Positions 23,506 through 33,931 of a DNA stretch of 43,575 nt are shown one piece after another. The stretch's first letter is position 1. Every line of letters starts with the position of its first letter. The stretch is from Desulfovibrio desulfuricans (GTDB lineage: Bacteria; Desulfobacterota; Desulfovibrionia; Desulfovibrionales; Desulfovibrionaceae), in contig QKDT01000015.1 of NCBI GenBank assembly GCA_003251995.1, positions 1-43,575 on the forward strand. The letters run 5' to 3'. The position numbers were made by a program, and so were the translations under genes. The notes under the pieces were generated by a model. It had not been told where the DNA came from. It saw only the letters and a list, made by a program, of their open reading frames with translations, and did no database searches.

Positions 23506-26355
23506 ATGACCGCAGAAAGTGGTATTTCCATATCCGTAGGGCTGGACACAAGCCCATTTCAAAAGGATTTGGCAGCCTTCCGCACCATGTCTGAAAAGGC
23601 TGGTAAGCAGGTTGCCCAAGCCCTTGAAAACTCCGTTTCGCCCACCAAAATTACGAAAGGCTTCAATGACCTTGCTCGGTCTATCAATGTCGCTGCGGCT
23701 GCTGGAAAAAACCTTGGCGCATCCATCAACGTCAGCGGCCTTGATAGCCTCGCAAAGCAGGCTGGCGTGTCTGCATCCGGCCTCGACAAAATGTACGAGT
23801 CGATGGTCAAAAATGCGCAGAACCGCGCATTTACGGACTCCCTGCGCAATGTCCAGAAGCTGACCGGGGCCAGCGCTGATGAAATGAACCGCCTTGCAAA
23901 GTCGCTGGGCGGTGTTGGAAACGAATTTACGGCAAGCAAGATCGGCGGCGGGCGTGGATTTTTCGGTGGTCTTTCCACTGGCGCGGTTGCTGCGGCCCTG
24001 TCCATAGGCGGGGTAATCACCACGCTCAAGTCGCTTACAGATTCAATGCTTACCATGTCGCGGCTGACTACCTCGTATCAATCCATCTATGGGTCGCAGT
24101 ACGGCGCAACGCAGCAGCTTGACCAGATTTATAACCAGACGCAGGCCGTTGGCTTGCAGTTTCAGGAAACCGCGCAGGCCGCGAAAACATTCTTTGCCGC
24201 CGCGCAAGGGTCCACTCTTGCGGGTGAAGCGAACAGCATTTTCAACGCTATTTCGAAGGGCGCGGCAGCCCTGCAAATGAGCACGGACGACGTTAACGGC
24301 GTGTTCCTCGCTCTTGGGCAGATGATCTCCAAGGGTAAGGTTCAGGCCGAAGAATTGCGCGGGCAGTTGGGCGAAAGGCTCCCCGGCGCGTTCCAGTTGG
24401 CTGCCAAGTCCATGAACATGAGCACCGCCGAGCTTGATAAATTCATGGCTGACGGAAAGCTCACAGCAGAAGATTTGTTGCCAAAGTTGGCGCAAGCTCT
24501 TGAGGAAAAATACGCTGCTGCGGCTACACAGGCAGCAAACAGCGTTCAGGGTTCAATCAACCGCATGACAACAGAGTGGGAACTGTTCAAGGCAAGCGTG
24601 CTGGACAGTGACGCCGTTGTAGGCATGTTGAACAAGGTCACTGGCGCTCTATCGAGTTGGAATGCCGCAGTCAAAGAAGATGCCGAGGTCGCCAGTCTCA
24701 GCTCACAATTGCAGGGCATGGGCATTGCCCCTGACACCACAAAAAAGACTGGTTACGACCTTTTTAGCATGGATTTGCCAGCCTATTCAGACGAAAAGCT
24801 GAATTGGATGCGCAATATGAATGCGGGGTGGGAAGCTGAAAATTTGATTGCTGAGCAAAATGAGAAGCAGCAAGAAGCCATCCTGAGCAAGGCGAATACC
24901 AGTGTAAAGAATTTTCTCAAAAACTCTAAAGAAGAGAAGGTTGCCAGTCTTACACAAGAGCGCGATTCCACGCTTAAGGCAATCCAAGATGCCATTGATT
25001 CGCGTCAGCAAAGCGGTGTTGGTGCTGATGATCTTATCAGTCAGCGCACCCGCGTTCTTGCAGAATATCAGTCGCAACTTGAAAAGCTGAACAAAGAAGC
25101 GGGGGGCAAAGGCCTGGCGAACAAGCAGTTCAGGTTCGACACCGGGCTTGAGCAGTTGCGGCAGGAAGTGGCGAACATGGAAGCCACGATTAACCCTGCC
25201 TCGCTGGGCATTGAAAAACTGCGCAACAAGCTGGAACTGGAAAAGCAGAATGCCCTTGCAGCGGCAGAAGCGCACGCCAAGCTTTCTGTGCAGCGCAAAG
25301 AAGCCACGCCAGCCGAAGCCGAGGAAAAGAAAAGCCTTGAGGTACGCAAGGCCGAGCTGACCTATACGCAAAAGCTTGCCGAGGCCGAGGAAAAGGGCCG
25401 TCAGACCCGCGTTGAGTTCTACAAGGATTTTGCGGAGCTTTCCGGCAACTACACGGAGTCCTTGCAGGCGCAGGCCGAGGCCATAGCTAAGCAGGGCGAG
25501 GAGTATCGCAACGCTGGCATACCAGAGCAGCTTGAACGCCAGTGGGAAGCCCTGAAAAAGCTGCAAACGGCCCGTGACCCCCTGTCTGGCCTGCAACGTG
25601 GTGTTACGAAGTTTGGCACAGAATACGGCAATCTTGCGGCGCAGGTCGAGTCAGCGACCACCAGCATGGGGAACACTATTGCCGACACGCTTTCCAACGC
25701 CTTTTTGACGGGCAAGCTGTCAGCGGCTGATTTTTTCAACAGCGTGCTGCAAATGGCTACAAAGGCTGCAAGCAATTACCTGGTCGGTCAGATGTTCAGC
25801 GGCATTGGCAGCCTGTTTAGTGGTAGTGCAGTCCAAACAACAGGCGCAAGTAGTTCATGGGCCAGCTTCGGTGTTACACCCGGCGCGTCCATGGCTCTTG
25901 CCAAAGGTGGCGCAGTCGGTGGCGGCTCTATCTCTGATTATTCAAACTCTATTGTTACCCGCCCAACGTATTTCAGCTATGGGGTGCGGGCCTTTGCTCG
26001 TGGCGGTGCTGGGCTCATGGGCGAAGCTGGTGACGAGGGCGTGTTCCCGCTGTCGAGAGATAGCCGTGGCAACCTAGCTGTCAGCGCAACTGGCCTTGCC
26101 GACATATTCAAGGCAGCAACGTCTGGCTACAGCTCAAGCAATCAACAGCCCAGCCAGCCGCAAGTACACCTGAATATCAACAACAGCACTGGTGAACAGG
26201 TGGCACAGCAGGTCAAGACCGACAATAACGGCAATATCCGCGCCGACATATGGGTTGGCAACACGGCGGCTAAGCAGATGGCAAAGCCTGGCACAGCCGC
26301 AAACCAAACCCTGCGCAGCGGCCTTGGCATCAAACAACGCGCAATAGGGAGATAG
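23506..26355 (+). CDS. tail tape measure protein
   Basis: ALGQMISKGKVQAEELRGQLGERLPGA domain; C-terminal FARGG.GLMGEAGDEGVFPL. Confidence 0.95.
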   Translation: MTAESGISISVGLDTSPFQKDLAAFRTMSEKAGKQVAQALENSVSPTKITKGFNDLARSINVAAAAGKNLGASINVSGLDSLAKQAGVSASGLDKMYESMVKNAQNRAFTDSLRNVQKLTGASADEMNRLAKSLGGVGNEFTASKIGGGRGFFGGLSTGAVAAALSIGGVITTLKSLTDSMLTMSRLTTSYQSIYGSQYGATQQLDQIYNQTQAVGLQFQETAQAAKTFFAAAQGSTLAGEANSIFNAISKGAAALQMSTDDVNGVFLALGQMISKGKVQAEELRGQLGERLPGAFQLAAKSMNMSTAELDKFMADGKLTAEDLLPKLAQALEEKYAAAATQAANSVQGSINRMTTEWELFKASVLDSDAVVGMLNKVTGALSSWNAAVKEDAEVASLSSQLQGMGIAPDTTKKTGYDLFSMDLPAYSDEKLNWMRNMNAGWEAENLIAEQNEKQQEAILSKANTSVKNFLKNSKEEKVASLTQERDSTLKAIQDAIDSRQQSGVGADDLISQRTRVLAEYQSQLEKLNKEAGGKGLANKQFRFDTGLEQLRQEVANMEATINPASLGIEKLRNKLELEKQNALAAAEAHAKLSVQRKEATPAEAEEKKSLEVRKAELTYTQKLAEAEEKGRQTRVEFYKDFAELSGNYTESLQAQAEAIAKQGEEYRNAGIPEQLERQWEALKKLQTARDPLSGLQRGVTKFGTEYGNLAAQVESATTSMGNTIADTLSNAFLTGKLSAADFFNSVLQMATKAASNYLVGQMFSGIGSLFSGSAVQTTGASSSWASFGVTPGASMALAKGGAVGGGSISDYSNSIVTRPTYFSYGVRAFARGGAGLMGEAGDEGVFPLSRDSRGNLAVSATGLADIFKAATSGYSSSNQQPSQPQVHLNINNSTGEQVAQQVKTDNNGNIRADIWVGNTAAKQMAKPGTAANQTLRSGLGIKQRAIGR

Positions 26356-26357
26356 CT

Positions 26358-26738
26358 ATGGCTGGAATATGGCCCACAACATTGCCGCAAGCCCCTGAGC
26401 TGTCAAGCTTTACGGACAAAGCGCCAAACAACTTGATTCGGTCAGACATGGATACGGGCGATGCCAAGGTACGCAGACGCGGACAGTCCAAGGCTTGGGT
26501 GGCCTCGGCAACGTACTACCTGACCAATACTCAGCTTGCCACGCTGTACACTTTTACCTCTGAAACCATTGCAGACGGTGCGCTGTGCTTTGACTGGCCT
26601 CACCCAACAAAGAGCCTGGTTCGCGCACGCCTGCGGGCTGGCAGTGATTCATTGTTTGACACGTCACAGGTTGCGCCTGACCGCACGAAAGTGACGCTCT
26701 CCATAGAATACTGGCCTGACGCGCCTACAACGTCTTAG
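26358..26738 (+). CDS. distal tail protein
   Basis: WPTTLPQ...IRSDMDTG.AKVRRR...FDWPHP; follows the TMP. Confidence 0.8.
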   Translation: MAGIWPTTLPQAPELSSFTDKAPNNLIRSDMDTGDAKVRRRGQSKAWVASATYYLTNTQLATLYTFTSETIADGALCFDWPHPTKSLVRARLRAGSDSLFDTSQVAPDRTKVTLSIEYWPDAPTTS

Positions 26739-26747
26739 GGGGCAAAT

Positions 26748-27266
26748 ATGGCGCTTTCCCCACGCATGGTGGCTGCCATGATGCAGCCTGAAACAGAAGA
26801 CACGGACATTGCGCTGATCACGATCACACATGCTTCGTGGTCTGAAACGCTGCGTTTTAGCACCCACCAAACCACATGGCTCTACAACGATGAAACGAGC
26901 GGTGAACCTGTGTATGGCACTGTTAGCCGGGGAGAAACGTATCTGCACATTCCCCTGCAAGCCACGCTGCCCAATAGTTCGGATGAGGAAGCCCCAACGG
27001 GAAAGATCATCCTGTGTAACGTGCAACGGTTGGTTACGCCGTATCTGAAAATGACGTCCGGCACATACCCTCGCCTGACGCTGGAAATAGTCAACTCTGC
27101 CACGCCGGATACTGTGGAAAAATCGTATCCTGAGCTTGATTTGGGCGACACCAACTGGAACGAGCTGACTGTGGACGTGCAGCTAAAGAATAACATTGCC
27201 TCGCAAGAACCTTGTCCATGGTTGCGGTTCTCCCCGGCGTACTTCCCCAATCTGAACGCGAGGTAG
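26748..27266 (+). CDS. tail tip/hub protein (DUF1833-like)
   Basis: LITITH, P.QATLP, PDTVE, RFSPAYFPNL. Confidence 0.8.
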   Translation: MALSPRMVAAMMQPETEDTDIALITITHASWSETLRFSTHQTTWLYNDETSGEPVYGTVSRGETYLHIPLQATLPNSSDEEAPTGKIILCNVQRLVTPYLKMTSGTYPRLTLEIVNSATPDTVEKSYPELDLGDTNWNELTVDVQLKNNIASQEPCPWLRFSPAYFPNLNAR

Positions 27267-27269
27267 GGC

Positions 27270-27677
27270 ATGGAAACAAAGCAATATATCGGCATTCCTT
27301 TCCTTGACCACGGCGAAGATCGTAACGGTTGCGACTGCTACGGGCTTATACGCATGGTGTACCGTGAGCAATTAGGTATCGAGCTGCCATACATGGGCGA
27401 CAAGTATTCTAATGCCTACGCACGCCATGAGATAAACAAGGCCGTGGCGCAAGCCGAGCGGGAATACTGGAACTACGATGTAACCAGTGAACTGTGGAAG
27501 CCATACGACATTATGGTGTTCAGCAGAGCTGGTGATGAAGCTCATGTTGGGCTGTACATCGAGCCAAGCTATATGCTGCATATTGTCGCCGGGGCGCAGA
27601 CCACAAGAGCGCGTTATGACACAAACGAATGGAAACACAGGCTTGTGAGGGTGGCCCGCCATGTTGATGCAAGCTGA
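27270..27677 (+). CDS. NlpC/P60 tail-tip protein (lambda K-like)
   Basis: YIGIPF..HG....GCDCYGL...HVGLY....MLH. Confidence 0.9.
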   Translation: METKQYIGIPFLDHGEDRNGCDCYGLIRMVYREQLGIELPYMGDKYSNAYARHEINKAVAQAEREYWNYDVTSELWKPYDIMVFSRAGDEAHVGLYIEPSYMLHIVAGAQTTRARYDTNEWKHRLVRVARHVDAS

Positions 27678-30600
27678 CCTGACAAAAACCATGCTCATGG
27701 CCCGGCGCTGGGACATGGCGCGGCCCACGTTCCTGCCCGTAGTGGACGGCACGAACCTTGGCAGCATTGTTGCCGATGCCATCCAGGGTATGTGTAAGGA
27801 CGGCTCGTACACGCCAGAGCAAGCCCTGCGCCTGATGAAGTATGCCCGCTGCCGCGTGGACGGCGTGGAGATCAAGCGCAGCCTGTGGGCGCAGACTATC
27901 CCCGCATCTGGCGCACAGATTGAAGTGATGCAAGGCGTTATGGGCGGCGGTGGCGGTGGTGGGGGGGGTAAAAGCCCGGTTGCTACAGTGTTGAGTTTGG
28001 TTGTTGTGGCTGCTGCCGTCGCAGTCCCCTGGCTTGCCCCTGCCTCTTGGGGACTGGCATCTGGTGCTTTGTTCGCGGGCGGGTCACTAACAGCCCTGGG
28101 TGGCGTTGTATCTGGCGCTATCATGCTTGGCGGCATGTACGCCATTGGACAGTTGTTCCCATCTGCAACCCCATCCATCAGTGGGTCTTCCATAGACGGC
28201 GGCGCAAGCACAACATCACCAACATACTCCATCACTGGCGCACGCAACAGCGCCAACGTGATGGGCTATGTGCCGCTGATCTGCGGCAAACACCGCCACA
28301 CCCCGCCACTGGCTGCCAAAAACTATACCTCGTGGGAGGGTGACGAGCAAACGTTCTACATGTGCGTGTGCTGGGGCCATCCTGACGTCACCGTGTCTGA
28401 TTTCCGGCTCGATGAAACGCCGCTGTCCAACTATACTGACTTTGAGCACCTATTCCATCAGTCCACCACAGGCAACGACCTTAAATACTTCGGCAAAGAC
28501 CGCAATGAAAAGAGCGTTGGCACAGTGCTCAAGGCGTCGTCTGGCTGGGTTACGCGCACCGTTGGCGAGGCCGAGGACATTTCTATTGATATCGCGTTCC
28601 TTGGCGGTCTGTGCGAGATAAGCCAAACAAACGGGTCGCCGGGCAACCGCACTGTCGCATTTCAGGCGCAATACCGCGTTAAAGATTCCGGTAGTGATTG
28701 GACAGGATTTGGCGGCTCTACGTTTGGCATTGCCGCTGCAAGCGGACTGACCGTCGCTGGTATCCGTGAGAGTGACGGGGTTTCAAAAGAGGATATTCTA
28801 AAGGTTTATGCTAACCAGAACGGGACAATAAGCGCTGGCGCAAATATCGGCGGCTATGCACAGCTATACCCCTACAAAAGCGGGTATGTCTCCGGGTGCA
28901 ATGTGTCCGTATCATGGACGCGCACAGACACGCCGGTTTGGGTTCCAGATTTTAACCTGGACGGCGGCGGCAGCTATCAGTACAGCCCGTATGGTACTTA
29001 TACAGCGACCATCTCTGTCACGTCGGGAACATATGATGACCGTGGGTATATCAGCGCCACCCGCGCAAAAACCACCCGCTGCGTGCCTACATGGAAAATA
29101 GAAGGGCTGACCAAGGCCATCTACGAAATGCGCATAAAGCGGCTGACGGCAGACACCGACAGCCAGTTTATACGCGATGAAGCCACATGGAGCGTGACGC
29201 GGGCAATCCTGAATCAGCCAGTTTTCAACACGCCTGTGCCGATCTGTGTTTCTGAGCTTCGTATCAAGGCTAGTGAACAAATATCCAGCTATGTTGACGA
29301 TTTTAACGCCCTGTGCCAGTCGAACATCCCAGATTGGAACGGGTCTGCGTGGGTGACAAAGCCCACCAGCAACCCGGCGTCAATCATGCGCTACCTGCTC
29401 ACCACGCGGAACGGGCTGGTGAACCCCTACACTGAGGCCAAGCTGGATAACGCAACGTTGGTTGAGCTTTGGGAGTGGTGCAACAAGCGTGGATATGAGT
29501 TCAACTTCATTTGCGATTCAGAAGAAACTCTGTGGGCGCGTCTGGTGCAGGTGCTGGCTCCCGGCCTCGCAGCCCCAACAACTGACGTGGATTGCCTGTG
29601 GGGCGCGGTAATCGACAGGCCCGACAAGGAGGTTGTGCAGCTTTTCACCCCGCGCAATAGCTGGGGAATGAACGTGCAACGCACTTTCAGCGACTTGCCG
29701 CACGCGCTGCGGGTCACGTTCAAAAACGAAGACAACGACTATGCAGACGATGAACAGTTTATTTATGCCCCTGGTTACAGCAAAGACGGCAGCAACGGAA
29801 CGGAAAAGGCGTGGAACATCGTTGAGTGGTCGTACCCAGGTATCACCAAGTGGCCCAAGCTGTGGGCCATGGGGCAGGTGCACCTTGCCCGCATGCTACA
29901 TAGGCCGCTGACCGTCACGCTGAACACAGATTTTGAGTGGATGGTGGCAAGCCGTGGCAAGCTGGTTGGCGTGGCGCATGACGTGCTGATGAACACTTTT
30001 GGCACGGCCCGCATTAACTACCTTGTCTATGATGTTGATGGTGTAACCGTCTATGCTGGCAAAGCAGAAGATATCCCTCTGGATGAAGAAGGCAACGCAC
30101 TTGTTCCGATCGGCGTGCAGCTTGACGACACAATTATATTCAGTGAGCCGTCACCAGCGCGTTACGGCATCGCTGTGCGCTACAATAACGGGTCTGTAAA
30201 CACCTATGAACTCATACCAAATTACGGAGATGAAGAACACTCGACTCTCTTGTTCAAATATGCTATAACAGCAGCACAAGTGCCACCGTTCAGAGCATTG
30301 TGTTCCGTGTCACTTTTTGGCTCAGAGTATGAAGAATACTTGCTGTCAAAAGTTGACAATGGCGACAACAACAGTGCGCAATTGACGCTTGTTCCGTATG
30401 CTGCTGATGAAATAGACAAGGCTGCAACTGGCGAGGCTACGCCATACGACCCGGCTGTGGTGCTGGATGTGGTGAAAAGCAAGCGGCTGCCAACGCCAAC
30501 AATCGTTGATGTGCGCAGTGATGAAACCGTGCTGATCTCTGCCTCGTCCGGTGGCACAACCCCGCGCATCGCGGCATGGTGGTCGTTTGGCACATCAACT

Positions 30601-31890
30601 GGTGACACGTCAACGCTGACAATGCAGATCAGCGCAACGGACGTGGAAACTAACGCTGCGGTGTTTGGCAGCGCATCTGTGGTCGAGGACTACGTGGCCT
30701 GCGCCGGGGTGACTGAGGGTAGGTTGTACAATGTGCGTGTGCGTGCTGTGGACGGCAGCACCGGGAAAACATCGGCATGGTCAACGCCGATACGCCACGT
30801 TTGCATTGGGCGCACCACGCTGCCGCCTGCGCCGTCCAGTGTGTATCTCGACGGTACAGTGCTCAAAATATCTCAGACTGACAGGCCGCTCGACCTCGTT
30901 GGTCATGTGGTCAAGATGGTGTTTGACGTCACCGACCCCATAGAGCGGGCAATTACTCTGCCGTCTGCCGGAATTTATACCACCACCGGACAGTTTGATC
31001 TTGCTCCGTGGTCAGGGCATGCGCGGCGCGTGTGGGTGCAGTCTATCGACGAGCTGGGGAATTTGTCAGAGGCCGTGAGCGTGGCTCTTAACCTGGGGGA
31101 CGTTGAAACAGACAACGTGCTGTTTACGATCTCTGAGGCTAGCAAAGGCTGGACTGGAACGGTTATCAACGGCTCAGTTGATGGCGCAACGCTAAAGGCA
31201 AACGAAACTGCATACCTCTGGCCTCAGGATGATAACGCGCCATTGTGGCCTCAGGATGATAGTTTCCCGCTCTGGCCTTCCGGCGGCGGTCTACAGATGC
31301 AGTATGTGTGGAGCATCAATATCCCTGCCGCATACGCAGGCGCACGCATACTGATTAATCCAATTTCAACGGCTGGAAAGCTGGCTAAAGTCGAGTTTCG
31401 AGTTTACACGCAACCACGTTTGTGGCCTCAGGACGACAACGCATTTTTGTGGCCGCAGAACGATAGCGACTACCTTTGGCCCCAGCCAATGCGGTCAGAG
31501 TGGAAGGCATTTCCAGACGCATACATCACTACCGGGGCTGAAACTCTGGCATTCCGCGTTACCTACGCCGCTGGCACCGCTGCCATATTGACGGACATTG
31601 AAACCATAATTGATGTGCCGGACAAAGAACATGTTTTGGATGATCTTGAAATCGCAGCAGACGGCACAACGCACATACCTGTGCCTGCTGACACATTCAG
31701 GGCTGTCACAAACGTGGTAGCTACACTGCAATACAGGTCTGGTGACACGGCGGTCATGACGGCGAAAGTGCCGGGCAGTGAAATAATCGGAAGCAACGGA
31801 TATTTGACAAACGGGCCTCTGATTCTGGCCCTTAATAGCAGCAGAACTGGCGTGTCGGCTGTGGCTGACGTGCGGATACGGGGGTACTAG
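27661..31890 (+). CDS. central tail tip / host-specificity protein (J-like with fused I-like N-terminus)
   Basis: 1409 aa; TYSITGARN....G.VPLICGKHR.TPPL, TSNPA, FN3-like YNVRVRAV. Confidence 0.88.
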   Translation: MLMQADLTKTMLMARRWDMARPTFLPVVDGTNLGSIVADAIQGMCKDGSYTPEQALRLMKYARCRVDGVEIKRSLWAQTIPASGAQIEVMQGVMGGGGGGGGGKSPVATVLSLVVVAAAVAVPWLAPASWGLASGALFAGGSLTALGGVVSGAIMLGGMYAIGQLFPSATPSISGSSIDGGASTTSPTYSITGARNSANVMGYVPLICGKHRHTPPLAAKNYTSWEGDEQTFYMCVCWGHPDVTVSDFRLDETPLSNYTDFEHLFHQSTTGNDLKYFGKDRNEKSVGTVLKASSGWVTRTVGEAEDISIDIAFLGGLCEISQTNGSPGNRTVAFQAQYRVKDSGSDWTGFGGSTFGIAAASGLTVAGIRESDGVSKEDILKVYANQNGTISAGANIGGYAQLYPYKSGYVSGCNVSVSWTRTDTPVWVPDFNLDGGGSYQYSPYGTYTATISVTSGTYDDRGYISATRAKTTRCVPTWKIEGLTKAIYEMRIKRLTADTDSQFIRDEATWSVTRAILNQPVFNTPVPICVSELRIKASEQISSYVDDFNALCQSNIPDWNGSAWVTKPTSNPASIMRYLLTTRNGLVNPYTEAKLDNATLVELWEWCNKRGYEFNFICDSEETLWARLVQVLAPGLAAPTTDVDCLWGAVIDRPDKEVVQLFTPRNSWGMNVQRTFSDLPHALRVTFKNEDNDYADDEQFIYAPGYSKDGSNGTEKAWNIVEWSYPGITKWPKLWAMGQVHLARMLHRPLTVTLNTDFEWMVASRGKLVGVAHDVLMNTFGTARINYLVYDVDGVTVYAGKAEDIPLDEEGNALVPIGVQLDDTIIFSEPSPARYGIAVRYNNGSVNTYELIPNYGDEEHSTLLFKYAITAAQVPPFRALCSVSLFGSEYEEYLLSKVDNGDNNSAQLTLVPYAADEIDKAATGEATPYDPAVVLDVVKSKRLPTPTIVDVRSDETVLISASSGGTTPRIAAWWSFGTSTGDTSTLTMQISATDVETNAAVFGSASVVEDYVACAGVTEGRLYNVRVRAVDGSTGKTSAWSTPIRHVCIGRTTLPPAPSSVYLDGTVLKISQTDRPLDLVGHVVKMVFDVTDPIERAITLPSAGIYTTTGQFDLAPWSGHARRVWVQSIDELGNLSEAVSVALNLGDVETDNVLFTISEASKGWTGTVINGSVDGATLKANETAYLWPQDDNAPLWPQDDSFPLWPSGGGLQMQYVWSINIPAAYAGARILINPISTAGKLAKVEFRVYTQPRLWPQDDNAFLWPQNDSDYLWPQPMRSEWKAFPDAYITTGAETLAFRVTYAAGTAAILTDIETIIDVPDKEHVLDDLEIAADGTTHIPVPADTFRAVTNVVATLQYRSGDTAVMTAKVPGSEIIGSNGYLTNGPLILALNSSRTGVSAVADVRIRGY

Positions 31891-31892
31891 AT

Positions 31893-33182
31893 ATGGGCGA
31901 ACTTGCAGCAAGAACAATTTTTTCAAACGAAACAGGGCCGCTTGCCGGAACCGGGCTTGATACGCTTGCCAAGAACCAAACCGCAATCCTTGAGCTGGAA
32001 GGCGCACAAGCCCCGCAATCAAAAACGATTGCCAGTGGCAGCATATCCCCAACGGCGGCATATGTCATTGTTGATACAGAGGGCAGCGCTGCGGCTGACG
32101 ATCTCGATGTTATCAGCCCGGTGCTGAGTGCGTCCGAAAACCTGCATGACGGAATGGTCGTGTATCTCAAGTCCGCCGACAGTGGACGCGTGGTCACGGT
32201 CAAAAACAGCGGCAGCGCCAACGGCATCAACACATACGATGGCAACGACTATGTGCTGTCCACCACGCATTGGCTCAAGCTGCAACTGCGTGCGGATGGC
32301 AGGTGGTACGAAATCGAGGGGCGGGCAATGGAAACGGCGTTGGCTGCGGCGACTGCTGCGGCTGCGGCTTCCACGGCTGCCGATCATGCGCAGACCAAAA
32401 GCGGCACTAGCTCCACGGCATCCGGCACTGCTGACAAGGTCGTGACGTGCAGCGGTTTTGAGCTGTCCGATCAAGCCAGAGTGTTTATCACCTTCGACAA
32501 TCCCAACACCGTAGCCGATGCCATTACCCTCAATGTTAACGGGACGGGCGCAAAAGCGATCTACAACCAGACTGGCATTATCTCTACCAGCAACACTGCC
32601 CTGTTTGCTGCCAATCAGCCTATTGAGTTCAGGTATGACGGCACTGGCTGGGTGTACGAAAGCATCGCTAACGTCGTAACCCCCCTGCTGTCAGGAAAGG
32701 CAGACATCGATCTGGGCAACGTAACGGGAAACGCGATAAAATTTTATTTGCACGTATGCGACGAGAAGGCTGGGGGATCGGTCGGGGGTTCTACTTCTGC
32801 AAATTCGTGGCACACCCGTGATTTAAACACAATAAAAACCAATCTCATTGGGGCCACGCTGGCATCAAACAGAATAACCCTACCAGCTGGTGACTACTGG
32901 TTTAGGGGGTATGCGCCAGGTTACGCCACGGGCAGCACGGCATTAGCTGTACATAGTACCTCTCCCAGTGCAGCCGATCTTTTAGTGGGCGAGTCGGCAA
33001 ACGTGGGCGCAGGGACGCAAAGTTCTGCGCGTGTCGAGGGGAAAATTACGCTTATTCAAACAACCACTCTGGAACTTAGGATGTGGGTAGCTAATGCGCA
33101 GACCCTTGGGCTGGGCATCGGAACGGTTGCCGGGGCTGGTGTAGTCGCAAAATATGCTGAGGTGTATATATGGAAACTGTAA
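31893..33182 (+). CDS. tail fibre / receptor-binding protein
   Basis: Modular: ITLNVNGTGAK.I motif, KADIDLGNV, C-terminal beta domain (RDLNT...ITLPAGDYW); position after J-like gene. Confidence 0.8.
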   Translation: MGELAARTIFSNETGPLAGTGLDTLAKNQTAILELEGAQAPQSKTIASGSISPTAAYVIVDTEGSAAADDLDVISPVLSASENLHDGMVVYLKSADSGRVVTVKNSGSANGINTYDGNDYVLSTTHWLKLQLRADGRWYEIEGRAMETALAAATAAAAASTAADHAQTKSGTSSTASGTADKVVTCSGFELSDQARVFITFDNPNTVADAITLNVNGTGAKAIYNQTGIISTSNTALFAANQPIEFRYDGTGWVYESIANVVTPLLSGKADIDLGNVTGNAIKFYLHVCDEKAGGSVGGSTSANSWHTRDLNTIKTNLIGATLASNRITLPAGDYWFRGYAPGYATGSTALAVHSTSPSAADLLVGESANVGAGTQSSARVEGKITLIQTTTLELRMWVANAQTLGLGIGTVAGAGVVAKYAEVYIWKL

Positions 33183-33526
33183 TTGATATCAGACTTGCCC
33201 TTGAACAGCTTGGCACTGGTTGGCAGTTCGGCGGCTCGGTAACTGACGGCACGCAAGAATCATGGGACGCCGTGGCGTGGGATGACGTGCGCGACAAGCC
33301 TACATGGGCCGATCTGTGTACCGCGCATGAGGGAATTGTGTTGCAGAATGCGCTTACGGCGATTGAGGCTAAATACGCGCCCAAGATTGCGGCACTGCGC
33401 GAGGGTATAATGTCCGCATATCTTACGGATGGTGCAATCATGGACGAAAACGTTTCTGGATTGCGCACTGAATGGGCATCGGTGATTGCCCAGCGAAATG
33501 CTGAAATGGAAGCACTGTTGATATAA
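33170..33526 (+). CDS. tail fibre assembly-like protein
   Basis: GAGGTG RBS; W.D...KPTWADL motif; follows the fibre gene. Confidence 0.65.
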   Translation: METVIDIRLALEQLGTGWQFGGSVTDGTQESWDAVAWDDVRDKPTWADLCTAHEGIVLQNALTAIEAKYAPKIAALREGIMSAYLTDGAIMDENVSGLRTEWASVIAQRNAEMEALLI

Positions 33527-33538
33527 TCAGGAGGACAT

Positions 33539-33706
33539 ATGGCAGACAACGGAAGATGCCCAGCCTGTGGGTCAAGCAATATTGCGCGCTACAAAGTTTA
33601 CGCATGGAAATGCAACGCATGCGGGGCCATATTTTTCACCCCGCTTGCTGCGAAAGCCGCAACAGAAGAAACAACCTGGGATACAGAGGCGGTGCAGGAG
33701 GAATAG
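33539..33706 (+). CDS. small Zn-ribbon protein (55 aa; below the ORF-track cutoff)
   Basis: AGGAGG RBS; MADNGRCPACGSSNIARYKVYAWKCNACGAIFF... Confidence 0.7.
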   Translation: MADNGRCPACGSSNIARYKVYAWKCNACGAIFFTPLAAKAATEETTWDTEAVQEE

Positions 33707-33738
33707 CCCAGAACCGGGCGAGGTGGGGTGTTGAGGCG

Positions 33739-33931
33739 TGTGCTAAGGCGTGTGCCAAACAACGTGTAAATTCGTTGGCACATGGGAGATATGCAGCATG
33801 TGGAACGTGGTTTTAAGCCAATGTGCGCTAAGGGTTCCGGCCTCTCAAGCCGCTAAGACGGGTTCAAATCCCGTTGGTGACGCCATGTTTCCGAGTGAGG
33901 CAATTTGACCGTGTGCTAAATTATGTGCCAA
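33739..33931. repeat. integrase arm-type binding repeats TGTGCYAA flanking the att core
   Basis: TGTGCTAA 33739, TGTGCCAA 33751, inverted TTGGCACA 33775, TGTGCTAA 33912, TGTGCCAA 33924. Confidence 0.7.
33838..33885 (+). mobile_element. attP: attP core = 3' part of tRNA-Glu(CTC)
   Basis: Anticodon arm CGGC-CTCTCAA-GCCG, T-arm ACGGG-TTCAAAT-CCCGT, 3' strand TGGTGACGCCA; 5' half of the tRNA absent; 35 bp from the integrase stop. Confidence 0.88.

Noticed and set aside
27940-27970. G-rich tract as a phase-variation site in the tail tip gene
   Set aside because: It encodes an in-frame poly-Gly linker typical of the I/J junction, and the ORF is intact.
33838-33885. Functional phage tRNA-Glu gene
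   Set aside because: 5' acceptor strand and D-arm are missing; it is the att core.
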